The notes beneath the pieces were generated by a model, which was not told where the DNA came from, made no database searches, and was given only the letters and a program-made list of their open reading frames with translations. The translations under genes were made by a program, and so were the position numbers. A stretch of DNA of 30,296 nt from an uncultured Candidatus Rokubacteria bacterium (GTDB taxonomy: Bacteria; Methylomirabilota; Methylomirabilia; Rokubacteriales; CSP1-6). The stretch is taken from NCBI GenBank assembly GCA_963747235.1, contig CAVVEU010000019.1, forward strand, positions 1-30,296, written 5' to 3'. Positions 9,137 to 17,551 of this stretch are shown here, piece by piece (the first letter of the stretch is position 1; each line of letters begins with the position of its first letter).

Positions 9137-10032
9137 GTGAAGCCGCATCCGCTACGACCGGCTGCCCACCGAGCGCGTGAACCCGGGCACCGGCAAGCTC
9201 GACCGGCTGTCCGCCGCGGGGATCGCGCGGCTCATGAATCGGGCCGATCGCCGCGCGGTGCGGGCGGTGGGCCGCGGCCGCGCCGGCCCTCGGCCGCGCG
9301 GTGGATCTGATCGTGCGCGCGCTGTCGCGACGCGGCCGCCTCATCTTCGTGGGCGCGGGCACCAGCGGACGCCTGGGCGTGCTCGAGGCCGCGGAGTGCC
9401 CGCCCACCTTCGACACGCCGCCGTCCCTCGTGCAGGCGGTCATCGCGGGCGGCAAGCGCACCGTGTTCCGCTCGTCGGAAGGCGCGGAGGACAATGGGCC
9501 CGAAGGCGCGCGCCAGATCCGCAAGCGCGTGCGGCCGGGCGACATGGTGGTGGGTATCGCGGCCAGCGGCGTGACCCCGTTCGTGCGCGCGGCCCTGCAG
9601 GCAGCGCGTAAGCGCGGCGCGGCCACCGCGCTCGTCACCTGCAACCCCGACGTGCCGGCCTCCGCGGCCCGCGTCGTGATCGCCCTCGCGGTCGGCCCCG
9701 AGGTGCTCACCGGCTCGACGCGCCTCAAGGCCGGCACCGCGACCAAGCTCGCGCTCAACACGCTGACCACCGCGTCCTTCGCGCGCCTCGGCAAGGTCTA
9801 CGGCAACCGCATGGTGGACCTGCGCCCGCGCTCCGCCAAGCTGCGCGCCCGCGCCCTCGGCCTCGTGCGCCAGCTCGGTCGCGTGCCCCCACGCGAGGCC
9901 GAGCGCCTGCTCAAGGCCTCCGGCACCAGCGCCAAGGTCGCCATCGCGATGGCCCGCCTCGGCGTGGACGCCCCCGAAGCCCGCCGCCGCCTGAAGCACG
10001 CCGCCGGCTCCCTCCGCGCCGCCCTGCAGTAA
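9137..10032 (+). CDS. murQ: N-acetylmuramic acid 6-phosphate etherase; frameshifts near 9140 and 9277
   Basis: LPTERVNP..LDRLS..LMNRAD; GAGTSGRLGVLEAAECPPTF, EGAED, GIAASGVTPFV, GPEVLTGSTRLKAGTATKL, GKVYGNRMVD. TAAGAT(9125-30) lies 6 nt before GTG 9137. Confidence 0.93.
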
Positions 10033-10053
10033 CGGGGTCAGGTCTTGACCCCG
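10033..10053. repeat. GGGGTCAGGTCTTGA-type palindromic repeat (left copy); hairpin between convergent genes
   Basis: CGGGGTCA-GGTCT-TGACCCCG. Positions 10033-10048 are the exact reverse complement of 10923-10938. Confidence 0.8.
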
Positions 10054-10055
10054 GG

Positions 10056-10850
10056 CTAGCGGAGGAAGTCGAGGAGCGCGGGGATGACGATCTTGGGCGC
10101 TTCCTCCATCAGCCAGTGGCCCGAGCCGGTGACGACCTGGCCGCGCACGTCGGAGGCCACCATCTTGGCCTGGTCGATCAGGAACGTGCCGCCCGCCTTC
10201 TCGCCTGACAGGACCAGCATCGGCATGGTCAGCTTGGTCTGGCCCAGCTTGGCGAAGTCCGCCGCGTCGCGCTCGAAGTTGCGGAAGTACTCGAAGCCGG
10301 CGCGCATGGCGCCGGGTTGCGCATAAGCCTTCGCGTAGAGGCGGCGATCGGCCTCGGGCACCGAGCGCTTCCGATCGGCCGCGAAGTCGTTCCAGAAGTG
10401 CTCGAGGTAGATCCGCTCGCGGCCCTTCACCAGCGCCAGCGGGACGTCTCCGTAGAAGTGGAAGTGCCACAGGTCGCGCAGCAGCCAGACGTGGGTCCAG
10501 TCGCCGATGCCGGGCAGGAACGCGTCCATCAGCACCACGCGCTCGGTGCTCTGCGGGAACTGGGCCGCGTAGGCGTACGCCACCATCAGGCCGATGTCGT
10601 GGCCGACGATGGCGACGCGGTCGAACTTCAACGACCGCGTCAGCTCGTGGATGTCCACCGCCATGGTCTTCTTGTCGTAGCCGGTCGGCGGCTTGGCCGA
10701 TCCACCGGCACCCCGCAGGTCGGGGACGATGACGGTGTGGCTCTTCGCGAGCAGCGGCATGATCGGCCGCCACATGTGGCCGGTCTCGGCATAGCCGTGC
10801 AGCAGGACCACCGGGCTGCCCTGGCCGCCGACCTGATAGCGCAGCCGCAC
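10056..10850 (-). CDS. alpha/beta fold hydrolase (epoxide hydrolase/haloacetate dehalogenase-like); 5' end uncertain or truncated
   Basis: LLHGY, PDLRGAG, nucleophile GHDIG, GHWLMEE. Homology-like text (GFTERFTKVNG) continues upstream to about 10883 with no start codon before an in-frame TGA in the repeat. Confidence 0.88.
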   Translation of the reverse strand: MRLRYQVGGQGSPVVLLHGYAETGHMWRPIMPLLAKSHTVIVPDLRGAGGSAKPPTGYDKKTMAVDIHELTRSLKFDRVAIVGHDIGLMVAYAYAAQFPQSTERVVLMDAFLPGIGDWTHVWLLRDLWHFHFYGDVPLALVKGRERIYLEHFWNDFAADRKRSVPEADRRLYAKAYAQPGAMRAGFEYFRNFERDAADFAKLGQTKLTMPMLVLSGEKAGGTFLIDQAKMVASDVRGQVVTGSGHWLMEEAPKIVIPALLDFLR

Positions 10851-10893
10851 TCCGTTGACCTTCGTGAAGCGCTCGGTGAAGCCCGTGAGCTTC

Positions 10894-10940
10894 CCTGACC
10901 CCGGCCTAGGACATGTCGTAATTCAAGACCTGACCCCGGC
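10894..10940. repeat. GGGGTCAGG-type repeat, right copies
   Basis: CCTGACCCCGGC at 10894-10905 and TCAAGACCTGACCCCGGC at 10923-10940. Confidence 0.8.
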
Positions 10941-12670
10941 TAGCTGTGGCTGGGGCCGGCGGTGTCTTCGGCGCGGACTGGCGTTTTTCCGCGCAGGAAG
11001 TCGAAGTCGCAGCCCTCGTGGGCCTGGAGCACGTGGTCGAGGAAGAGGCGGCCGTAGCCCCGCGTGTAGTGGGGCGGGCGCGGCTTCCACTGGGCGCGGC
11101 GGCGGGCCAGCTCCTCGTCGGGGACGCGGAGGGTCAGGCGGCGGTTCGGCACGTCCAGCTCGATCTCGTCGCCGTTCTGGACGAGCGCGAGCGGCCCGCC
11201 GGCCTCGGCCTCCGGCGAGACGTGCAGCGCCACCGTCCCGTACGATGTCCCGCTCATGCGCGCGTCGGAGATGCGCACCATGTCGCGCACGCCCTTCTGC
11301 AGGAGCTTGCGCGGGATCGGCGCGGCGCCCCACTCCGGCATGCCGGGCGCGCCCTTCGGCCCCACGCGCTTGAGCACCAGCACCGAGGTCTCGTCCACCA
11401 CCAGGTCCGGATCGTCGATGCGCGCGTGCAGGTCGGCGTGGTCCTCGAACACCACCGCGCGCCCGCGGTGCGTGAGCAGATGCGGCGAGGCGGCGGACTG
11501 CTTGAGCACCGCGCCGTCCGGGCAGAGATTGCCGGTGAGGATCGCGGTGCCGCCCTCGTTCAGGATCGGCATGGCCAGCGTGCGGATCACGTCCGGGTTG
11601 TAGTTGACCGCGGCCTCGTTGTTGGCCGCGAGCGACTGGCCGGTCACGGTGAGCGCGTCGCGGTGTAGCAGCGGCAGCAGCTCCTTCAGCACCGCGGGGA
11701 GCCCGCCCGCGTAGAAGAAGTCCTCCATCAGGTACTTGCCCGACGGCCGCACGTTGAGCAGCATCGGCGTGGTGCGGGAGAGCTCGTCGAAGCGCGCCAG
11801 CGCCAGGTCCACACCCGCCCGGCCCGCGAGGGCGAGGAGGTGGATGATCGCGTTCGTCGAGCCGCCGATGGCCATGCCGGTGCGGATCGCGTTGTCGAAG
11901 GCCTCGCGGGTGAGGATCTTCGAGGGCTTGAGGTCCTCGCGCACCATCTCCATGATGCGGCGCCCGGACAGCTCGGCCAGCGCCATGCGCCGCGAGTCGG
12001 CCGCGGGGATCGCCGCGTTGCCCGGCAGGGTCATGCCGAGCGTCTCCGCCATCGCGGCCATCGTGGAGGCGGTGCCCATCACCATGCAGTGCCCGGCCGA
12101 GCGCGAGAGGCACGCCTCGATCTCGCAGAACTCCTCCTCGCTGAGCCGTCCCGCGCGCCGCTCGGCCCAGAAGCGCCAGTTGTCGGTGCCCGAGCCGATG
12201 TCCTCGGTCTTCCAGCGGCCGCGCAGCATGGGCCCGCCGGTCACCATGATCGCGGGCACGTCGGCGGAGGCGGCGCCCATCAGCATGGCGGGCGTGGTCT
12301 TGTCGCAGCCCGAGAGCAGCACCACGCCGTCCAGCGGGTAGGCGCGGATGCACTCCTCCACGTCCATCGCCATCAGGTTGCGGAAGAGCATGGTGGTGGG
12401 CTTCATGAGGATTTCGCCCAGCGAGATGGTCGGGAACTCGAGCGGGAAGCCGCCCGCGGAGAGCACGCCGCGCTTCACCGCCTCCGCCACCTGCCGGAGA
12501 TGCGCGTTGCAGTTGGTCAGCTCGGACCAGGAGTTGGCGATGCCGATCACCGGCCGGCCGTCGAACATGAGGTCGCTGAAGCCCTCGGCCTTGATCCACG
12601 AGCGGTGGGCGAAGCCGTCCAGGTCCTTCTTGCCGAACCAGTTGTGACTGCGCAGCGGGGGCGTGCTCAC
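10940..12670 (-). CDS. IlvD/Edd family [2Fe-2S] dehydratase (sugar-acid, L-arabinonate dehydratase-like)
   Basis: LRSHNWF..HRSW N-terminus; ELTNCN, GCDKT, GHCMVMGTAST, GGSTN, GPKGAPGMPE, SDARMSGT. Confidence 0.93.
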   Translation of the reverse strand: MSTPPLRSHNWFGKKDLDGFAHRSWIKAEGFSDLMFDGRPVIGIANSWSELTNCNAHLRQVAEAVKRGVLSAGGFPLEFPTISLGEILMKPTTMLFRNLMAMDVEECIRAYPLDGVVLLSGCDKTTPAMLMGAASADVPAIMVTGGPMLRGRWKTEDIGSGTDNWRFWAERRAGRLSEEEFCEIEACLSRSAGHCMVMGTASTMAAMAETLGMTLPGNAAIPAADSRRMALAELSGRRIMEMVREDLKPSKILTREAFDNAIRTGMAIGGSTNAIIHLLALAGRAGVDLALARFDELSRTTPMLLNVRPSGKYLMEDFFYAGGLPAVLKELLPLLHRDALTVTGQSLAANNEAAVNYNPDVIRTLAMPILNEGGTAILTGNLCPDGAVLKQSAASPHLLTHRGRAVVFEDHADLHARIDDPDLVVDETSVLVLKRVGPKGAPGMPEWGAAPIPRKLLQKGVRDMVRISDARMSGTSYGTVALHVSPEAEAGGPLALVQNGDEIELDVPNRRLTLRVPDEELARRRAQWKPRPPHYTRGYGRLFLDHVLQAHEGCDFDFLRGKTPVRAEDTAGPSHS

Positions 12671-13314
12671 GAGAGGCCTCCATGGGGCGGGCGCCGGGCG
12701 TCCGGGGTTAGCTTGAGCGGCTTGCTGCTCGTGGTGATCACCAGGTGGGTCTCGACCACCACGTCGTGCTCGTCGAACGTGATGGTCAGGACCTTGGTGG
12801 TGGTCTCGAGCGTCACGCCCGCGGAGAGCTTCTCGCTGCGCGAATGGCTGTAGACGTCGGCGCGCCGGCCCGGCGCCGTGGCGTAGAACGAGGGGTACAT
12901 GAACTGCCCGGTCGGCTTGCCCACCAGGTCGAGCGTCTCGGTCCGCGTGGTCTCCCCGCGCTTGATCCGCTTCAGGGCCAGCTCGTCGAAGGCGGTCTGA
13001 TCGGCCGCGAAGGAGCTCATGTAGTCGAACCCGACGAGGCGGCCCTCGTGCAACGCGTAGGACATGGTCCGCACCGGGACCGCGATGGAGCGCGCCTCCG
13101 CGTACGCGTAGCGCAGGGTCGTCACCAGCTTGCCGCCCACCCGGGCGGCCGTCTCGCCCGCGGGCTTGCCGAACCGCGCCCGGATCTCCGCCTCGGTCGT
13201 CTGGCCGAGCGTGAAGCTGGCCGGGTCCGGCCGGCCGAAGTCGGCCCCGAGGAGACAGGCGCCGGCCAGGACGGCGAGGAGGATCCGGGCGCGCGCAGCG
13301 CGACGTGGCGTCAT
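12667..13314 (-). CDS. hypothetical exported protein with two SmpA/BamE-like repeats
   Basis: Basic plus hydrophobic N-terminus; repeats LGQTTEAEIRARFGKP and IKRGETTRTETLDLVGKP; GTGA overlap with the downstream dehydratase. Confidence 0.7.
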   Translation of the reverse strand: MTPRRAARARILLAVLAGACLLGADFGRPDPASFTLGQTTEAEIRARFGKPAGETAARVGGKLVTTLRYAYAEARSIAVPVRTMSYALHEGRLVGFDYMSSFAADQTAFDELALKRIKRGETTRTETLDLVGKPTGQFMYPSFYATAPGRRADVYSHSRSEKLSAGVTLETTTKVLTITFDEHDVVVETHLVITTSSKPLKLTPDARRPPHGGLS

Positions 13315-13326
13315 GGCGGCGGCCCC

Positions 13327-13371
13327 ACGCTATAGCGCGGGCGCGCGCACGTCAACGGCACGGTATAGAAT
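13327..13371. promoter_or_regulatory. divergent sigma70-like promoter elements
   Basis: - strand: TTGACG(13355-50)-N17-TAGCGT(13332-27), 12 nt before ATG 13314. + strand: TAGAAT(13366-71). Confidence 0.5.
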
Positions 13372-13406
13372 GACGCCGGGCGACGACCCACGCGAGGAGA
13401 CGATCG

Positions 13407-14204
13407 ATGAGGCTAGCGGGCAAGGTGGCGGTGGTGACGGGCGGCGGGGCCGGGATCGGGCGGGGCATCGTGCTGTGCATGGCCAGGGAAGGCGCCGACA
13501 TCGCCATCCCCGACATCCAGGACGCCAATGCCCAGTCGGTGGTGAAGGAAGTGCTGGCGATGGGGCGCAAGGCCATCTCGATGCGCTGCGACGTGACCAA
13601 GGGCGCCGAGGTCCAGGCCACCGTGGACCGCATCAAGAAGGAGATGGGCAAGGTCGACATCCTGGTGAACAACGCGGGCATGGCCTCGGCGCCCGGCATG
13701 CCGTTCACCAACAACACGGAAGAGGACTGGGACCAGACCTACGCGGTCAACCTCAAGTCGGTCTTCCTCATGTGCAAGGCGCTGGCGCCCTACTTCATCG
13801 AGCGCAAGGGCGGGCGCATCATCAATATTGCCTCGATCGCGGGGCCGCTTGCGGCGCTCACCATGCCGCCCTACTCGGTGGCCAAGGGCGGGGTCATCAC
13901 GTTCACCCGCGTCATCGCCAAGGAGCTGGCGCCCCACGGCATCACCGTCAACGCGATCTGCCCCGGCGTGCTCTGGACCGCGTTCTGGGAGAAGCTGGCC
14001 CAGCACATCGCCGACACCAACCCGGCCTTCACCGGCATGACCGCGCGGCAGGTGTTCGACAAGCGGGTGGGCGACGTCATTCCGATGAAGCGCGAGCAGA
14101 CGCCGGAGGACATCGGCCACGCGGCCGTGTTCCTGGCCTCCGAGGAAGCGCGGAACATCACCGGCCAGGCCCTCAACGTCGACGGCGGCTCGGTGATGCA
14201 CTAG
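13407..14204 (+). CDS. SDR family NAD(P)-dependent oxidoreductase
   Basis: TGGGAGIG, VNNAG, YSVAK, NAICPG, ITGQALNVDGG; GAGGAG RBS. Confidence 0.95.
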   Translation: MRLAGKVAVVTGGGAGIGRGIVLCMAREGADIAIPDIQDANAQSVVKEVLAMGRKAISMRCDVTKGAEVQATVDRIKKEMGKVDILVNNAGMASAPGMPFTNNTEEDWDQTYAVNLKSVFLMCKALAPYFIERKGGRIINIASIAGPLAALTMPPYSVAKGGVITFTRVIAKELAPHGITVNAICPGVLWTAFWEKLAQHIADTNPAFTGMTARQVFDKRVGDVIPMKREQTPEDIGHAAVFLASEEARNITGQALNVDGGSVMH

Positions 14205-14210
14205 GGACCA

Positions 14211-14289
14211 CCCCTCACCCTGCCCTCTCCCCTGAGGGGAGAGGGAATCGTACCCTCGCCCCCGGAGGGGGAGAGGGCCGGGTGAGGGG
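14211..14289. repeat. REP-like CCCCTCACCC/CCCTCTCCCC palindrome, full doublet
   Basis: CCCCTCACCC..CCCTCTCCCC-TGA-GGGGAGAGGG..CCCTCGCCCCC-GGA-GGGGGAGAGGG..GGGTGAGGGG: an outer stem enclosing two hairpins. Confidence 0.9.
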
Positions 14290-14298
14290 AGAGAAGGA

Positions 14299-14718
14299 AT
14301 GATGAAACGCATCGTACTTGGCCTCGCGCTCGCGCTGGTATCGCTCTGCGCCGCCGCCTGGGCGCAGGCCGACCGCACCGACCCGAAGGCCGCGGCAGAG
14401 CCGGTCGTGAAGCAGCTCGAGGCGTTTCGCCGCGGCGATTTCGACACCGCCTTCACGTTCGCGTCGGGCATGATCCAGGCGCAGTTCGATCGCCCGGCCT
14501 TCGAGACCATGGTGCGGCGCGGGTATCCCGAGATCGCGCGCTCGACGTTCGCGGCGGTGACGAAGACGGAGCTGGAGTCGCCCGGCCTCGCGTACGTCAC
14601 CGTGAAGATCCGCGGCGCCAACGGCCAGGCCATCGAGGCGATGTACGAGCTGATCTGGGAGGACGGCTGGCGGATCAATGGCGTGGCCACGCGGCCCGAC
14701 GCGGCGGGCACCGTCTGA
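14299..14718 (+). CDS. DUF4864-like exported protein
   Basis: Signal peptide; QLEAFRRGDFDTAFTFAS..F..MVRRGYP and WRING motifs. Confidence 0.8.
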   Translation: MMKRIVLGLALALVSLCAAAWAQADRTDPKAAAEPVVKQLEAFRRGDFDTAFTFASGMIQAQFDRPAFETMVRRGYPEIARSTFAAVTKTELESPGLAYVTVKIRGANGQAIEAMYELIWEDGWRINGVATRPDAAGTV

Positions 14719-14730
14719 GCAGGCCACCCA

Positions 14731-14766
14731 CCCCTCACCCTGGCCCTCTCCCCTGAGGGGAGAGGG
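14731..14766. repeat. REP-like palindrome, single (half) unit
   Basis: CCCCTCACCCTGGCCCTCTCCCC-TGA-GGGGAGAGGG, nearly identical to 14211-14245. Confidence 0.9.
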
Positions 14767-14779
14767 TATAAAGAGGACC

Positions 14780-15973
14780 ATGGACTTCGACTTCACGCAG
14801 GCGCAGCAGGACTTCCGCCAGGAGGTGCGCACCTGGCTGGCCGAGAACGTGCCCGCGGATATGAAGGGCCGCGGCTTCGCCTCCTCGCGCGCCGACGTGA
14901 AGGAGGTCAACCGCCTGCGCGAGTGGCAGCGCGCGCTCCACAAGGCCGGCTACGTGGGCATGGACTGGCCGGCCGAGTACGGCGGCCGCGGCGCCTCCAT
15001 CCTGGATCAGGTCATCCTGTACGAAGAGCTGTCGCACAGCGGGAGCCCGCAGCCGCTGAATCGCAGCGGCCTCAGCATGCTGGGCCCCACGCTGATGAAG
15101 CACGGCACGCCGGCCCAGCGCGCGCAGCATCTGGACCGCATCCTGACCGCGGAGGACATCTGGTGCCAGGGTTTCTCCGAGCCCAACGCGGGCAGCGACC
15201 TGGCCAACCTCCAGACCCGCGCGGTGCTGGACGGCGATCACTACGTGCTGAACGGTCAGAAAGTGTGGACGAGCATGGCCCACGTGGCCGCGTGGGGCTT
15301 CTTCCTGGTGCGCACCGATCCGACCGCGGCCAAGCACAAGGGCATCACCTTCCTGCTGATCGACATGAAGAGCCCGGGCCTCACCATCCGCCCCCTGCGC
15401 CAGATCACCGGCGAGGCCGAGTTCAACGAGGTCTTCCTCGAGAACGTGCGCGTGCCGGTCACCAACGTGGTGGGCAAGGTGAACGAGGGCTGGGGCGTGG
15501 CGCTCACCACGCTGGCCTACGAGCGCGACGTGCTTACCATGATCCGCCACATCAGCCTGCGCACCGCGCTGCAGAAGCTCCTGTCGCTGGCCCGGCGCAC
15601 CATGAAGAACGGGCGCCCCGCGTCGGAGGACCCGGTGGTGCGCCAGAAGATCGCCGCGCTCTCCATCGGTGAGCGCGTGCTCCAGCTCAACGGCTACCGC
15701 AGCCTGACCAAGATCCTCCGCGGCGGCGCGCCCGGGCCCGAGGGCTCGACCTCGAAGCTCTTCTGGAGCCAGCTCGATCAGGAGCTGGCCGAGTTCGCCA
15801 CCGAGCTCATCGGCCCCTACTCGCAGCTCAAGGCGGGCAGCGCGAGGGCGCCCGACGACGGCGAGTGGGAGTTCTACTGCCTCCTGGCCCGCGGCAGCGG
15901 CATCCGCGCGGGCACCACCGAGATCCTCCGCAATATCCTGGGCGAGCGCGTGCTCGGCCTGCCGAAGGACTGA
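14780..15973 (+). CDS. acyl-CoA dehydrogenase
   Basis: MDFDFT start with GAGGA RBS; WPAEYGG, WCQGFSEPNAGSDLA, NGQKVWTS, FNEVFLENVRVP, GTTEILRNILGERVLGLP. Confidence 0.95.
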   Translation: MDFDFTQAQQDFRQEVRTWLAENVPADMKGRGFASSRADVKEVNRLREWQRALHKAGYVGMDWPAEYGGRGASILDQVILYEELSHSGSPQPLNRSGLSMLGPTLMKHGTPAQRAQHLDRILTAEDIWCQGFSEPNAGSDLANLQTRAVLDGDHYVLNGQKVWTSMAHVAAWGFFLVRTDPTAAKHKGITFLLIDMKSPGLTIRPLRQITGEAEFNEVFLENVRVPVTNVVGKVNEGWGVALTTLAYERDVLTMIRHISLRTALQKLLSLARRTMKNGRPASEDPVVRQKIAALSIGERVLQLNGYRSLTKILRGGAPGPEGSTSKLFWSQLDQELAEFATELIGPYSQLKAGSARAPDDGEWEFYCLLARGSGIRAGTTEILRNILGERVLGLPKD

Positions 15974-16017
15974 CCCCGCACCCTGCTCCGCACCCCGCAC
16001 CCACGGGAGGACGCATC

Positions 16018-16809
16018 GTGGCCACCGACAGCGAGCTGCTCTACGAGGTGAAGGACCGCATCGCCACCATCACGCTCAACCGGCCCGACAAGATGAACGC
16101 CTTCACCGGGCCGATGATCGAGCGCTGGGCCGCCTCGCTGCAGGAGGCGCAGGCCGATCCCAACGTGAACGTGGTGATCGTGACCGGCGCGGGCAAGGCC
16201 TTCTGCTCCGGCGGCGACGTCGGCCGCATGGGCGCGGGCGATCCCACCCCGCTCGACAACAAGAACGGCCTCTGGGAGCACATCCACAACGTGCCGAGGA
16301 CGCTCGAGGCCATGGACAAGCCCGTCATCGCCATGGTCAACGGCGTCACGGTGGGCGCGGGCATGGGCATGTCGCTCATGTGCGACATGCGCATCGCCTC
16401 CGACGCGGCACGCTTCTCCACCGGCTACGTGCGCGTGGGCCTGGTGCCCGGCGACGGCGACACCTACTTCCTCCCGCGCCTGATCGGCACCGCCCGCGCC
16501 CTCGAGCTGCTGTGGACGGCCGACTTCATCGAGGCGCCGCGGGCGCTGGAGCTCGGCATCGTCAACCGCGTGGTGCCGCACGACAAGCTCGCGGAAGAAA
16601 CCTATGCCTTCGCCCGCCGCGTGGCCGACGGCCCGCAGGTGCCGGTTCGCATGATCAAGCGGCTGGTCTACCAGTCCATGCGGCTCGACCTGCGCACGCA
16701 CCTGGACCTGGTGTCCTCGCACATGGCGGTGGTGCGCGAGACCGAGGACCACCGGGAGGGCGTGCAGGCCTTCAAGGAGAAGCGCGCGCCGAAGTTCAAG
16801 GGACGGTAA
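16018..16809 (+). CDS. enoyl-CoA hydratase/isomerase family protein
   Basis: GTG 16018 with GGAGG RBS; ITLNRPDKMNA, AFCSGGD, KPVIAMVNG, GLVPGDG, AFKEKRAPKFKGR. Confidence 0.95.
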   Translation: MATDSELLYEVKDRIATITLNRPDKMNAFTGPMIERWAASLQEAQADPNVNVVIVTGAGKAFCSGGDVGRMGAGDPTPLDNKNGLWEHIHNVPRTLEAMDKPVIAMVNGVTVGAGMGMSLMCDMRIASDAARFSTGYVRVGLVPGDGDTYFLPRLIGTARALELLWTADFIEAPRALELGIVNRVVPHDKLAEETYAFARRVADGPQVPVRMIKRLVYQSMRLDLRTHLDLVSSHMAVVRETEDHREGVQAFKEKRAPKFKGR

Positions 16810-16861
16810 CGCGCTGGGCACGTCGCGGGCCCGCGTCCGCCTCATCATCGCCGCCATCCTG

Positions 16862-17122
16862 GTGGTGGGGCTCGGCAGCGCGGTCGCGATCTACCTGACC
16901 GCCGTGCCCGCGCCCGACGACCCGCTGGGACGCCAGGACTCCCGGCAGTACCTGCGGACCATGGAGCTCTACGGGGGGAAGGCGAACATCCTTGCCGCCG
17001 AGCTCCTGGACTGGTTCCAGAGCCTCTGGCACGGCCGGCGGCTCGCGGTGACCGTGGCGTGCACCACCGTGCTCGCGGCGGCGGCGGTCTGGCTCGTGGA
17101 CGCGGTGTTTCAGGAGACGTGA
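16862..17122 (+). CDS. small hypothetical membrane protein (true start probably further upstream, ~16814)
   Basis: Two hydrophobic segments; YLRTMELYGGKAN..WFQSLWHG; the frame stays open upstream (RVRLIIAAILV). Confidence 0.6.
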   Translation: MVGLGSAVAIYLTAVPAPDDPLGRQDSRQYLRTMELYGGKANILAAELLDWFQSLWHGRRLAVTVACTTVLAAAAVWLVDAVFQET

Positions 17123-17132
17123 GGAGGGCGCC

Positions 17133-17541
17133 ATGACCAAGGACACGCTCGAGTACTGGCTCAAGGTGGTCGGCTCCCTCCTCGCCGCGGGCAGCTTGTT
17201 CCTGGGCGCCGCGCAGTTCATCCGCAACCAGACCGTGGAGGCGGCCAAGCCCTATCTCCAGGCCAAGCTCAAGTGGTGCGAGGAGGCGGTCGAGACCGCG
17301 TCGCTCGATCGCGACCTCGGACACGGTGACGCCGGCCGCGAAGATGGCGCGATTCTGGCAACTCTACTGGGGCGTGATGGGATTGGTCGAGAACGAGCAG
17401 GTGACGCAGGCCATGATCGGCTTCGGGAACGCGCTGACCGCCAAGGAGTCGCCGGACATCCTGAAGGGCCGATCGATCGCCCTGGCGCACGCGTGCCGCG
17501 CGGAGATGGCCGCCTCGTGGTCTCCGGTCTGGACGCGGTAG
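17133..17541 (+). CDS. hypothetical protein with N-terminal TM helix; frameshift near 17306
   Basis: GAGGAG RBS. ORF 17133 (MTKDTLEYW..EEAVETASL) joins the frame of ORF 17326 (IATS..RFWQLYWGVMGLVE..LAHACRAEMAASW) when one base is removed. Confidence 0.7.
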
Positions 17542-17551
17542 GGCGGAAGGG

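Noticed and set aside
1475-9277. Programmed ribosomal frameshifting in namZ, the CoA-transferase or murQ
   Set aside because: No slippery heptamers, and the breaks are scattered across unrelated genes; sequencing error is more parsimonious.
14211-14766. Repeats as a CRISPR array or Rho-independent terminators
   Set aside because: There is no regular repeat-spacer period, no cas genes and no U-tracts; they fit dispersed REP-like elements.
15974-16003. CCCCGCA-like heptamer repeats between ACAD and ECH
   Set aside because: Short, degenerate, low-complexity spacer with no supportable function.
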